A stretch of 63,937 nucleotides of DNA, the filler included, from Octopus bimaculoides (taxonomy: Eukaryota): NCBI RefSeq assembly GCF_001194135.2. It is 4 parts of 4 records of this genome, joined end to end, with 100 filler letters (N's around TTAATTAATTAA, not from the genome) between each part and the next. Parts side by side here need not be neighbours in the genome. Positions count along the whole stretch, not along the records: positions 27,373 to 57,665 come from NC_069009.1; 3 more parts are not named here. One strand, 5' to 3'. The notes below the pieces were generated by a model. That model searched no databases. It was not told where the DNA came from and was given only the letters and a program-made list of their open reading frames with translations. This document shows positions 28,356 to 41,594 of the stretch, in pieces (the first letter of the stretch is position 1; each line of letters starts with the position of its first letter). The position numbers and the translations under genes are program-made.

Positions 28356-28818
28356 GTAATAATAATAATNNNNNNNNNNNNNNNNNNNNNNNNNNNNNNN
28401 NNNNNNNNNNNNNNNNNNNNNNNNNNNNNNNNNNNNNNNNNNNNNNNNNNNNNNNNNNNNNNNNNNNNNNNNNNNNNNNNNNNNNNNNNNNNNNNNNNNN
28501 NNNNNNNNNNNNNNNNNNNNNNNNNNNNNNNNNNNNNNNNNNNNNNNNNNNNNNNNNNNNNNNNNNNNNNNNNNNNNNNNNNNNNNNNNNNNNNNNNNNN
28601 NNNNNNNNNNNNNNNNNNNNNNNNNNNNNNNNNNNNNNNNNNNNNNNNNNNNNNNNNNNNNNNNNNNNNNNNNNNNNNNNNNNNNNNNNNNNNNNNNNNN
28701 NNNNNNNNNNNNNNNNNNNNNNNNNNNNNNNNNNNNNNNNNNNNNNNNNNNNNNNNNNNNNNNNNNNNNNNNNNNNNNNNNNNNNNNNNNNNNNNNNNNN
28801 NNNNNNNNNNNNNNNNNN

Positions 28819-28851
<33 letters not shown>

Positions 28852-29247
28852 TACGACAGGCTTCTTTCAATTTCCGTCTACCAAATCCACTCACAAGGCT
28901 TTGGTCGGCCCGAGGCTATAGTAGAAGACACTTGTCCAAGGTGCCACGCAGTGAGACTGAACCCGGAACGATGTGGTTGGTAAGCAAGCTACTTACTAGA
29001 CAGCCACATATATACACACAGCCATATATATACACAAAATATTATACATGCCAATACACATATATATTCACACTCACTTACAGACACATATACCTGCAGA
29101 TGTTCACAAAGAGTCACACATTTCTATCGAAAAAGAGTGAGAATTTTAAGAGACCCAAAGACAGGACGCTGCAAAAGATAAGAAAATTTGAAACTTTTAA
29201 TGTTAGTTTGTCTGTGAAATATTATCAACAAGACTTAGTTAACTTAC

Positions 29248-29319
29248 AGATATGTTAAACTGGGAAGACCATTGAAGTTTCCTTCTTGAATTTTCTTGAT
29301 TTTATTTTCTGTCAAATCT
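29248..29319 (-). CDS. LRR exon G (last seen): DLTENKIKKIQEGNFNGLPSLTYL
   Basis: 72 nt, aattttatgttacag acceptor, CT|gtaagt donor, open. Confidence 0.9.
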
Positions 29320-30081
29320 CTGTAACATAAAATTTTATCTAAGATATTATCACCCAAATTTCTAACACAAAATATGAGACGATCGGAAAATGGACAGAAC
29401 TGTTTTTTACGACAAAATGCAAAATATTATAGCTAAACAATTACTTGACGGAGAAGGAAAGTAGATGTGGATGATATTTAGGAGGATGGTGATGGATGTG
29501 GCGGTTGAGGCGGTATAGTTAAATATGAAGAAGAGGATGAAGACAGGAGGATGGTGATGGTGTTGATGAAGATAATGCTACTGATGACGGTGAGGAAGTT
29601 TGTGATAACGATGAGGATGGGGACAGTTAGCATGATGATGATGATTTTGATGACGCCAGTGTAACTGGTGCAATTTCTGTTCACGATGATAATGGATATG
29701 TTGATGACGATAACGATAAGGGTGTTGAAAAAGAAGACGAAAAAGACGTAGAAAGGGAAGAGGCGTTGGAGTAGAAGTAGAAAGAAGGAAGAGAGAGAGG
29801 AAAAGACACAAGATGAAGAACAACAAGCAAATGTTTAATTTCAGGTAAGAACGTGAACGCAAAAATTACAAGCGGATCAAATGGGATGAGATCTACAGGG
29901 ACCTCAAAAGTAAAATGGATGATTAGCAAATGAAGAATACGATGATTATAATGAGGCAGAAGTAAAAAGCTAGAAGACTTAAAAGAAATGAAGGAAAATG
30001 AAATAAGTGAAAGTAAAAAAATAAAAGACGAACAATGAAGAATAGAAAAAGGCAGAAAAAAAAGAAAAAGTAGTAGTAGTG

Positions 30082-30115
<34 letters not shown>

Positions 30116-31040
30116 CAGTAGAAAAAGTGATTCAAGAACAATGGAATGACGGTTATAATGTTATAATGTGTATGTTTGAAAGTAGTATACGAGGCGATGA
30201 AGAAGACGTGGAATAATAAAAAAACAAGAAACATGGGATGAACCATAAACTTATGCGGATTAATTAAAAGGAAATAGATTAAAATATGAGAAATAATAAA
30301 GAAATGATAAAGACGACGATGAAGAGATCGCTGATGCTGAAGATGTAAATGGATAGGAGAGTACAGAGAAGTGGGAATGAAGGATGAGAAAGGGAGGAGA
30401 GAAAGGATAAAAGAACTAATGATAAAGAAAAAGTATATGTATGAGCTCCCCATTGAACTGTGGGTTAACGTCATTGTTGGCAGTTCCGGCCTATAATTGA
30501 GACACCGTTGAAGAGTTACAGACAGAACACAGTTAAAGAGTATTCTAATACACTCACAAACATGAGACAGGGCCGTGTACTCATATACACTGATAATCTC
30601 ACATAGACGAAATCATACACTCATACTCACAATCACTCATATTCACTCATACTCACTTTGACACAGAATCAATATCACAACTGACAGAATCATTCACAAC
30701 TTTGCGATCAGCGGCTAAATTCCCTCTCACCGCATGTAAACACTAATTGTAGCAGCACTAGTAGTAGAAATGGTAGTGGTAAAGGAAGACGTGCTGGAGT
30801 GAGTACGAGGATGAAGCACGATTGGGTGGAACACAAATTGCCATACAGGCCACCGCGTATTCAGAGTCACACAGAGACACACATATTTACAGACACTTAG
30901 GAACTTTCAGCCATTTCTATCCGAAGAAAGTGTAAATCTAGGGAGGCATAAGGACGTGGTGCTAAATATGATGGGAAGTTATTAAGGATTAAGTTATATA
31001 TTGTCAATGGAATATTATCATCAAGACTTAGACAACTTAC

Positions 31041-31112
31041 AGTTTTTTTAAGCTGGGCAGGTCATGGAAGGCTTTTACTTCAATGTTTGTGATATTGTTT
31101 TTTTCCAAATAT
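31041..31112 (-). CDS. LRR exon E: YLEKNNITNIEVKAFHDLPSLKKL
   Basis: 72 nt, ctaaattttatttcacag acceptor, CT|gtaagt donor, open. Confidence 0.92.
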
Positions 31113-32711
31113 CTGTGAAATAAAATTTAGTTAATAGGAGAAAATTAGAAGAGTTGCATAACATAGAATATTATGGCGAAACAAATACTTGGTGGAAGAT
31201 AAAGAAAGTAGATGATAGTGATGATAATAGGATGGAAGATGAGGTGAAGTGGGAAGAGGAGGATGGAAGCGGTGATGGTTGTAGTGATGAAAATGGTGAT
31301 GAGGCAAAGTACAGGTGGATGATGGTTGGATTGACGAAGATAATGTTGCCGTTGTTGATGATGGTGATGGTGATGTTTGTGATGATGATATTGATGAGAA
31401 TACTTTCGTTTATGCTGACGGTGATTTTGATGATGATCGTGGCGCTGGAGATATTTTTGGTGAAGATGATGACGGATAGACCGATTACTATTATTCTGAT
31501 GATGGAAATGTTTGTGAGGTTGATAATACTGATGATGTTGACGATCATTAGGATATGACGGATCATGAAGAAATCAAAAATATAGAAGATTGGTAGAAAA
31601 TTGAGTGAAATTTGTGACAACGGAATGAATAAAGAGAAAAAGAGCTCCAAGAAAATGTTCAAGGGAGTCTGACAACTAAAAGAAGAGGAGGAAAACATTG
31701 AAAGGACGAGGGGGCTGGAGTACGAGAACAAGAAGAAGATAAATACAACAACACCAAAAGACAGAATAGAGGTAAAAGGAATAGTGGGAGGGAGTCGAAT
31801 GGGTAGAATATTAAGGTGAGAAATGGGAAAATAAAGAACACAAAACAGAAAAAGCAAAAGGATTAAAAAAGGAGATGGAGGTGGAGAAGAATAGGAAGAA
31901 AATAAAAAAGAAGAAATGGTGAAAATGATGTTGGTCATAATTATGAGGATGATAATGATAATAATAATGATATTGATGATGGTGATGATGATGATGACGG
32001 TGACGGTGACGACAAAGTAGGTAATGTCCTTTATTTTGACCATTACGATGAAGCTAATGATGACGAAAATGAAGAAGATGATTTCGATATTGTTGCAAAA
32101 ATAAATGAACGGAAATACTTAGAAGAAGAAAAGAATGAATGGATGAGGGATAAAATGCAAGACACGCAGTTTATATATGATGATGTCAACGGTGAGAGAG
32201 AAGTCTGAAAAACGTCAAAGGCTTACTTGTATTTGTAATAGTAGTAGTAGTAGGAGGAAGAGGAGGACGAGGAGGAGGAGGTCGAGGAGGAGGACGAGGA
32301 GGAGAACGAGGAGGAGGACGAGGAGGAGGAGAATGAGGGGAGTAGTGGCAGCAGCAGTAGTAGTAGTAGTTGTAGTAGTAGTAGTAGTAGTAGGAGGAGG
32401 AGGAGGAGGAGGAGGGGGTAGTGGCAGCAGCAGTAGTAGTAGTAGCAGCAGCAGCAGCAGCAGTAGTGGTAGTAGTAGTAGTAGTAGTAATGGTTGTAGT
32501 AGTAGTAGTATTGGTAGTAGTGAAGGAAGAAGAAGCGGAGTGAATAAGAAGAACAAAGCAGAGGGCAGTGTAATGCAAAATGGAGTGACAAGAACGCAAA
32601 ATAGATTGACAAGGGAATGACAAGGACGTAGTGCAAAAAGAATGTAAAGATGTTAAACGCTTATTAATATATTGTCAATGAAATGTTATCAACAATACTT
32701 ATCCAACTTAC

Positions 32712-32783
32712 AGATTTTTTAAACTGGGCAGGTCATCAAAGGCTCTTTCTTCAATGTTTCCGATATTATTATTTTGCAACACT
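32712..32783 (-). CDS. LRR exon D2: VLQNNNIGNIEERAFDDLPSLKNL
   Basis: 72 nt, ttcttgtctcaactaacag acceptor, CT|gtaagt donor, open. Confidence 0.92.
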
Positions 32784-32889
32784 CTGTTAGTTGAGACAAG
32801 AAAGTATAGAAGACTTGTATGATTACATATAAAACGTTATGGCTAAAATAGAAAAAGAAACTCGATAATGGTAATGACAATGGTCGTCG

Positions 32890-33085
32890 TGGTTGTGACA
32901 AGGAAAAAAAGAGAAATCCTTTTGGAACTGAACGAACAAAAAAAGCAATATTCGTTAGAATGGTCAATTATTGGGAAATCTTTCCCTTATGACAAATGTA
33001 AGAGATATTGCTCATTGTGTAATCTAGAATTATATTTTATATTATTCTCTAAGGGTAAGTTGATAAATAAACTCACATATAATGC
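32890..33085 (+). mobile_element. Penelope-like GIY-YIG C-terminal fragment
   Basis: LEWSIIGKSFPYDKCKRYCSLCNLELYFILFSKGKLINK resembles the W.I...Y..CxLC..E..I...LN tail of PLE endonucleases. Confidence 0.55.
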
Positions 33086-34032
33086 TTTCATATGTAGCCA
33101 TTATCCGAGACACACATTTCTCTCGTTTAAATAAATTATAAATTTCAGTATGATCGGGTATTATAGTATATTATAGTATAATATTAGGTTTTAAAGCAGG
33201 GCATATCAATGTATATTTTACCAATAAGAATTGTATTTGTATTTGTGTTTATTTGCTAAAGTTTCTAGAGATAATATAATATAGATTTCCATTGATTTAG
33301 AAGTTATTACTAGGAATCAATAGTTGTAATATTTGATTGTTTATAATTAATAATATGAGGAGGGTTTTCTCTCTTAGACGGACCTTTATTTAAGGGGGAA
33401 TTTATTTAAGGAGAAATTTGAATATGAACCAGACTTAGAGACGATGTTTTTGCTGTTTACTCTTTACCTTTTACCCTGAAGATGTGTAAGGTAATTTACT
33501 TATTTAACTTGAATTTGACAGTTAAATATAACTTTATACAGAAATGTTGACATAGGAATAAACTTCAACAATAATGGATATTAGCATCAAAACTCTCATT
33601 TAAACAGAAGACGAAGACAGGTGTATAAACAAGAAGCAGGTGTATTAGTTTGAGGCTCGGGAATGTGCGAAAGTCTTTTACAACACGTTTGCACTAATTT
33701 TTCACTTTAATTGTCACACACTCATATAATCCAAATGTGAGGAATCGGCCATGACTCACATTCACAGACATTAAAGCTTAGAACAAAGACAGATTTTACA
33801 CATACACAGTCATATGTACATCCATGCAGTAACTATTTCCACTGAACGAAGGTGCTCTCATATGTCCCATAACTAAAAAAATTGGCTGATGCTCACAAAT
33901 GCAGAATCATAAAAGGTAAAACACATCTTTGGAAAGACGGGTGAGGGAGCTTCAAGTGAAGGATGGAATGATATCACAGATTTAGAAATATATCTTTAAT
34001 GAAATACAATAATAAATATTCATTCAACTTAC

Positions 34033-34104
34033 AGATCTTTTAAACTGGACATATTTCGGAAGGTGTATGTCTTGATTTCCTTGATATCATTTTCACTCAA
34101 GTAT
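34033..34104 (-). CDS. LRR exon C2: YLSENDIKEIKTYTFRNMSSLKDL
   Basis: 72 nt, ctcaatttcatgttgcag acceptor, CT|gtaagt donor, open. Confidence 0.92.
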
Positions 34105-35089
34105 CTGCAACATGAAATTGAGTTAAGAAAGAATTGTCGAGCGTATTTGGAACAGCAGTTTGTCTGAACAATTAGATGATGGAAGAGATGGAAAGTAGAT
34201 CATGATGATAAATAATTCCATGAGGATAGTGATGATAATGATGATGGTGCTGAGGAGGGGTAGGTGGACGTGGAGGACGAGGTAGAGGAGAATAAGTGTG
34301 GTGGTAGTGTTCGTAGTGGATTTGTGGTGGTAATAGTGATGAATATGCTGATGCGGTCGAAGGAAAGAATATATTGTGTTGATGACGAAGATGTTATGAT
34401 GATGATGATGGGGAGATGTTATTAAAGTGAATTATTCTTATAACGATGGGGATTAGCATGTCTATATTGATGCCGAATATGATATTGATTATGATGATGT
34501 AAGTGAAGATGTTATTTTTGGTGATGATGAAGGTTGTGTTGAATGTTTTGCATCTGATGGTGGTATTTTGTTGTAATGAATGTTGTTGATGATGAAGAAG
34601 ACAATGATGAACTTGTCGATGTTCATGATTGAGAAATATAAAAAAGAAAATGCAAATGATGATGGTGTCGAAGACATGGATGATGACGTCGATAATTAAC
34701 CCTGCAGATATAGTGGTGATTTACATATTTACGGTTTAAGAAGAATTGAGAATCTATCGAATATTAGAGAAAGACGAAAATATGAAGAAATCATGAAAAA
34801 AGAAAGTGAAATGCACAAAAAAGCGAATGAAAATTAAGAACAACAATAATAACAGCAACAGCAACATCAGCAACAAGAACAACAAGGAAAAGAATAATAA
34901 TATGAAGAAGAACTGGTAAATATAGAACTAGAAATGTCTTGGATGGTAGTCAGTGGTGGTGCTGACATAAACACCATACATGATATACAGACCGTACATG
35001 ATATACAAGCCAAAGGATCTGGTTTCACTCGGGTTATGAACTCATAGCCTTAACACAGCTCTGTTAGCTTGTAGTTCAATGTTAGTGTA

Positions 35090-35466
35090 GTGGAGGCGCA
35101 ATGGCCCAGTGGTCAGGGCAGCGGACTCGCGGTCATAGGATCGTGGTTTCGATTCCCAGACCGGGCGTTGTGAGTGTTTATTGAGCGAAAACACCTAAAG
35201 CTCCGGTAGGGGATGTTGGCGAACCCTGCTGTACTCTTTCACCACAACTTTCTCTCACTCTTACTTCCTGTTTTTGTTGTACCTGTAATTCAAAGGGCCA
35301 GCCTTGTCACACTGTGTCACGCTGAATATCCCCGAGAACTACGTTAAGGGTACACGTATATGTGGAGTGCTCAGCCACTTGCACGTTAATTTCACGAGCA
35401 GGCTGTTCCGTTGATCGGATCAACTGGAACCCTCGACGTGGTAAGCGACGGAGTGCCAACAACAAG
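35090..35466 (+). mobile_element. tRNA-derived SINE family 1 with 9-bp TSD
   Basis: Same family; TSD gttagtgta at 35081-35089 and 35467-35475. Confidence 0.92.
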
Positions 35467-35509
35467 GTTAGTGTATATCTCAGAACGTAATACTTTTAAC
35501 ACTCAATGG

Positions 35510-37430
35510 TTTTTATACTTCTGTATACTACATGCACATATTATTCATATAAATGCGTCTTTATATACTCGGTTTACTGTCTTGCCATGTTTATCAATGC
35601 GAATGTTGAGTTTCATTTCATTTCTAACTCTGGAACATCCAACATACAGCTGACCATGTGAGAAATATGGTTGAAGGTGGTTAAGTCCCACCACCTTCAG
35701 ACATTGACCTTGTGCTTTGTTGATAGAAATTGCAATGCTCAGTTTTGACAGGAAACTGCATTCTCTGGAATTGAAAGGTAACATCATTTAACATGCGAGG
35801 GATCCTTGGAATGAAGACACTATCACACATCATGTTACCCGTAATTATTGTTGCTTCCAATACACGGGCATGGCTTTTTTAACAACCAGCCACCTTCCAT
35901 TATAGAGTCATGGTGCATCAAGGTTTCTTAACAGCATTATGGGAGCATATAGTTTCATGATCAGAATGTGTGGCAGAAATCATGGGTAATGCATTGCTTG
36001 CTCTTGATCAGAGACAGAATCAACTGATCAGTATGAACATTCAATTCTTTAAGTTGAGTTAACAAATTTAGATTCAGCTTGTCTACAGCAGCATTCCATT
36101 GTGCCAGAATGGTTCTTTTACATAACCACTTGTGACTTTTGTAGTTTGTGGCTATGTTTGGAAACAACTTGCTCTTCAGTTCTTCAAGGAGGATAGCCAT
36201 ATTGCCACATAGGAAGTGGTACAGACTGTATTTTGTATCTTTTGTATCCTGTGGAAGTTTTCCATTTCATGGAGAACTCTGCAGCTAATGAGTCACCATG
36301 AATGTGAACACTCGTGTTATTTAGCGTAAGCCGCTTGACATGTGACCAGATATATATAAGGGCTTGATGATGCAAGATCTCAGCACATATGCCTTTGCTC
36401 CTCTGGGAATGACGGGCTGAATTTGCCTGTAGTCACCAGCCATGAGGAAGGTAACACAACCCGTGACTTTTCTAATTGTTTCTGAAATCTAGTGGTATGT
36501 TAGACATCCTGTGTTGTTAACACTACGTAAGGTACTAAATGATGTGAGTCCCTTGAAATGGTGTAACAGAAGTTTTAGATAGTAGCAGTATTTGGGATGA
36601 ACAGTTGGGATAGACAACATAGGCTCTGCCAATTGTGTCTGATTTCTTGATTCCCGAATGATCTCTGGGTGCTCTAATTACACGTGGTTTCCATTCCTTT
36701 TTGTTCACGATGTAGCATCGTGGAACTTCATTGTATAGCCGTTTTGCAGAAAATTCATCATCCTGACAGAATTTGAAGAATATTGTAAGTGTGGGGTTTT
36801 TTTTTTTTTAGCTTCTATTTGCTGCTACGCTATCTTGGGTGAAGTAAACCCTTTCTTCAGTCTCCAAGTGAACTGCAAGCTGTTCCACGTGGTGACTTCT
36901 CTCATGAATGGGGAACTTGAAGGTTCTCCAACATACTTCACCATTGCTGATTTACCTCCCCTTGGAAGGTCTTGATCTCAGCATTCTTTGAATCCTGGAC
37001 TGCTAAGATAGCCATGTCAGATCCTTCGTTGACATATTTGCACACATAATGGATTTCACTGAGTTACAGAACTCAACATTGATTTGTGCCTTGAATATCT
37101 TGGAGAGGACAGTATGATACTATTCACCTGTTGTCATCTGGAATTTTAGTACGAGCTGAATTCTTGATGGCAGTTTCAAACCACCCATTGGCTAGCCTTT
37201 TCCTTCAGTAGACAGTCTGCGTCTCTTGAAAGAACTTGTTTGGAAAACCTTTTGCATATATTCTATCCTGCATGCAAAAAACATGTAGGTTGATGTTCCC
37301 ATATGGACCATGAACCATTTTGGTTTTGACCACATTGAGTATTTCTTGATCTTCCTGAAGATCTGGAATTTTTCTGCACTGATGAATCATAAGGTCAAAA
37401 TGTCTGCATCCTAAGTATGGTACTAATTCG
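35510..37430 (-). mobile_element. Helitron Rep/PIF1-helicase fragment, heavily decayed and internally deleted
   Basis: MVHGPYG..CMQDRIYAKGFPNKFFQET (Rep region), LFPNIATNYKSHKWLCKRTILA, SINKAQGQCLKVVG...FSHGQLYVGCSRV (helicase motifs V/VI). Confidence 0.85.
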
Positions 37431-37502
37431 TGCGGCCGTTTACGTGTGAAAAGCGACCACACACATAGCTAGTTGATTAGATATAGATAGATAGATAAAT
37501 AC

Positions 37503-37551
<49 letters not shown>

Positions 37552-37756
37552 NNNNNNNNNNNNNNNNNNNNNNNNNNNNNNNNNNNNNNNNNNNNNNNNN
37601 NNNNNNNNNNNNNNNNNNNNNNNNNNNNNNNNNNNNNNNNNNNNNNNNNNNNNNNNNNNNNNNNNNNNNNNNNNNNNNNNNNNNNNNNNNNNNNNNNNNN
37701 NNNNNNNNNNNNNNNNNNNNNNNNNNNNNNNNNNNNNNNNNNNNNNNNNNNNNNNN

Positions 37757-37809
<53 letters not shown>

Positions 37810-37810
37810 A

Positions 37811-37903
<93 letters not shown>

Positions 37904-40813
37904 GACAAATTTAGATTTCGATAGATAGAGTAACAGAAATCCTCAGATGAAACCCAAGAAAAAACATCGCTCCAATACACACAAAATGTTCCTATGAGGA
38001 ACGTGAAGAATAAGATTTTCAAACTAAAAATATATAGGAAGCTGTGATGTTCGTGGATTTTCCCAGGGAACCAAAAAAGCAATGCGAATGAAATGAAATA
38101 GAAGTGTTTAAATTGTAAATATTCATCCATGGCGTATTATATACAAAACAGTGTATTGTATACATAACGGCGTATTATATGCATGCATATGTTTGTGTAG
38201 CTAGCTACAGATGATACGCCAGACATACATGTTTGTATCCAGTTAGCCACAGTTGCAACGTTGGTACCGGAGGTTGACAGTGAAAAGCAATTTTACAGAT
38301 GTTAATCTGATATAAAGCAATATAATTTGAAAGCAATATTATTTTCTTTTAGCTAGCAATGAATCGTGGCCTCGCCTGGGTGTTATGACCTACAACCACA
38401 CTAAAATAAGTTGTTTCTTTCTTACGAGCAGAATCAGCACAGCTGATATATAGGGAAGTAGACTACTGGCGTAATAGAAGTTATTGTCTGTTTAAAAGTA
38501 AAGGGGGAGGGTGCAATTTTCATGGGTCTGCATGGTAATGAAATTGCTTTCTCTTCTTAAGAAAGGTTACAAACTATGTATTGTTTCATCGTATAAAATG
38601 GGGTTAATATGATTTTTCACAGAAATCCCGTTTTCAAAATTTTACTTTCCCATTGTCCCCACCGCAATTTCTTAATTTGTAACATTATTCGAATTACATT
38701 ATTTCCACAGAAAAATACAGAGATTACGAATGTGGGAAAGTCTATATATTTTCTTTTAAAGTTGAATTTTTCTTAAAGAAACACTCAATGCCCCTTCCCC
38801 CACCTCACCCACCCATCACCTAACTTCTTTCAAGAAGATAAAACCTCGTAATGTTTCACTTTCGTTTGATGTTTCAAGCATACGTAGAATTGTAATGAAA
38901 TAGCAGACTTCAAAAATACCAGATGACCACCAAAAAACCGGACATGCTAGAAACAACAGGTAAACGACATTATCTCTGAAGAAGCTTTTCCGCTTTCCAA
39001 AAAGCTAAAAGTGAAACACTGGGAGTTTGAAGCTTTTTGAAAGTAGTGAGAATATGGGTGGATGTTTGGGAAGGAGATTTAGTGTTTCTTTAAGAAAAAG
39101 GGAGAAAATTATTAAAGATTCTCTGTTTTTTTCTCATTAGAATAGCAAGAAAAAAGTTTGGGAAAAGTAAAAAAAATGAAGAAATTGAGATGGAGAGGGA
39201 GAATATTAAAATATTGCGAACGTGTATTTTGGGGGAAGTCCTAATCTCCTGTATCAAAAACACAGGAATCGGAAGAAATTTAAGAACAAAATATGGTAGG
39301 GCGCAAATGTCACTTTGGACATGCTAGAAAAAACAGGTAAAGGACAGGATTTATGGGAAAACTTCCTTTTAAGTTTATAAATACGGTCATCACAAATATA
39401 AATTCCAGAATAGAAAAAGGTAATTTGAATAGGATTAGAACTGTAATTTTGAGCGTGCACACAGCAAGAAATAACGTAATTCGTGCGGAAGTTTTACGTA
39501 GAATGTGTTTGTGTGTACGAGTGTGTATGTGTGTGACTGCGGAAGTTATTTTATGGCATTCTTTCGTTTGAAGCAGCAACGTCGTTACCTTGATCACATG
39601 GTCGATCATATGGGACTATGTGATGGTTAATTTCCGTAAAAAATATTTTATTTTATGCTTTGAAGGGAAAATAAATTGCATGGGAAGAGAAAGTGAAAAG
39701 GTGACATTTGCTTTGAAGAGAAAGCAGAAAGTAAAAGAGAGGAGCAAAATGAAAGATGTATGGACGTGTATATGAAAAGGATGTATGTGTGTGGGTGTGC
39801 GCGTGTGTGAGAGAGGCAGAATGAGTGAATAAATGTTCATGTTGTCATGTATGTATTTTTCCATGTATGTGTAAGTGGCACTAACTGACTCTTTCACTTT
39901 CTCTCTCTCTCCCACACACACAAACAAATTATCTTTCCTATACACGTACAGAACTACATTTGCATGCATCTTTTTTGTATGTATGAGTGCATGTGCACGT
40001 GTTTGAGAGAGACAGTGAGTGAATGAAATGGATATCTTTTAATGGAATTGTTTTGGTTGTAGCTTGTTTCAATACAACATCTATGTGTACATTTTCATAG
40101 ATGTTTGACTAAGTAGAATTCTACGCATGCGTGAAACATGGAACGATAGAGAAACATTTGAAGCAAATTGAAATATTTCCCGAAAATTACTTCAAAATTA
40201 CGCGACCTGACATCGTTTTCCATGTTATTTTATTAGTAAAACAAGAGTACTTATGCTCGAGGCATAGTTTATTGGGTAGAGTTTCTATATATAGATGGAT
40301 GATAAGTAGCTTCCTTTATTATAGTATAGACGTGACTAATTCGGAGAAACATCACTTTCATTATTCTCACGTTGTTACTCGCGTAATGCAACACTTAGAA
40401 ATTTTGGTTCAAATTGAATGTGTGGAACTATTTTCTAATGAAACCTTGTTGTTGCAGAGTAGTGTCTTTGAAGTAACTATAGCTGGTTCTTGAGGTAACG
40501 TAGAAAATATATATAAATGAAAATAATGTTTATTTCGTAGTCTAAAGCTTACTGATTCATTTGACAACCCATACGTCTAAATCGCAACTCAGTTTCCGAA
40601 TGCATAAGAAACATATGCACACGCACCCACATACACACACACACACTCTCTCTCTCTCTCTCTCTCCCTCTTATATATATATTTTTATTCATATATATAT
40701 NNNNNNNNNNNNNNNNNNNNNNNNNNNNNNNNNNNNNNNNNNNNNNNNNNNNNNNNNNNNNNNNNNNNNNNNNNNNNNNNNNNNNNNNNNNNNNNNNNNN
40801 NNNNNNNNNNNNN

Positions 40814-40885
<72 letters not shown>

Positions 40886-41282
40886 AAAATAAATCATGAA
40901 CATATATCCTAGGTCAAAATATTCATGCACGCCATGTTTGGAACCTATTTGTGCAGCCGTATATAAAGTAGACACAGGTCTATTTATACACAAGATAAAA
41001 ACGTTGTGGCACTAATTTTCACACTTAGCATTAGAACTCAGTCTGTTAATACACTCGCATGCACTGATCCATACTCATAGAAATATTTCCTCTCAAGTAT
41101 CACACTCTCAGGTATCCCAAATCTAAGAAATATGCCCTCACTCATATTCACAAATATTCACAAAGAATTAAAGAACTTTAGAAAGACGGTTGTGGGGGCT
41201 TACATAGAAAGATGGAAAGATTTTACAGATTTAGAAATATATCGTCAATAAAATACTATACAAGAAATATGATTCAACTTAC

Positions 41283-41354
41283 AGAGTTGTTAAACTGGAC
41301 AGATTTTGGAAGGTTCCAACTTTGATTTCTTTGATCTTGTTATCCCACAAATTC
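41283..41354 (-). CDS. LRR exon B2: NLWDNKIKEIKVGTFQNLSSLTTL
   Basis: 72 nt, ctcaattttatgttccag acceptor, CT|gtaagt donor, open. Confidence 0.92.
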
Positions 41355-41594
41355 CTGGAACATAAAATTGAGGAAAGAAGAAATTTTATGTAACAGTTTG
41401 AGAGAATCTTTAATATAATGGCTAAACAGTTAGATGATGAACGAGATGAAAAGTAGATTATGATCATGATGATGTTGGGGTGGGGAAGAAAATATGGCGA
41501 TAGTGTTGTCGAAGATACTATTGATGCTGATGATAGGGGTGAGGTTGTTAATGTTGATTATTCTAATAATAATGGGTATTAGCATGTTGGTAGC

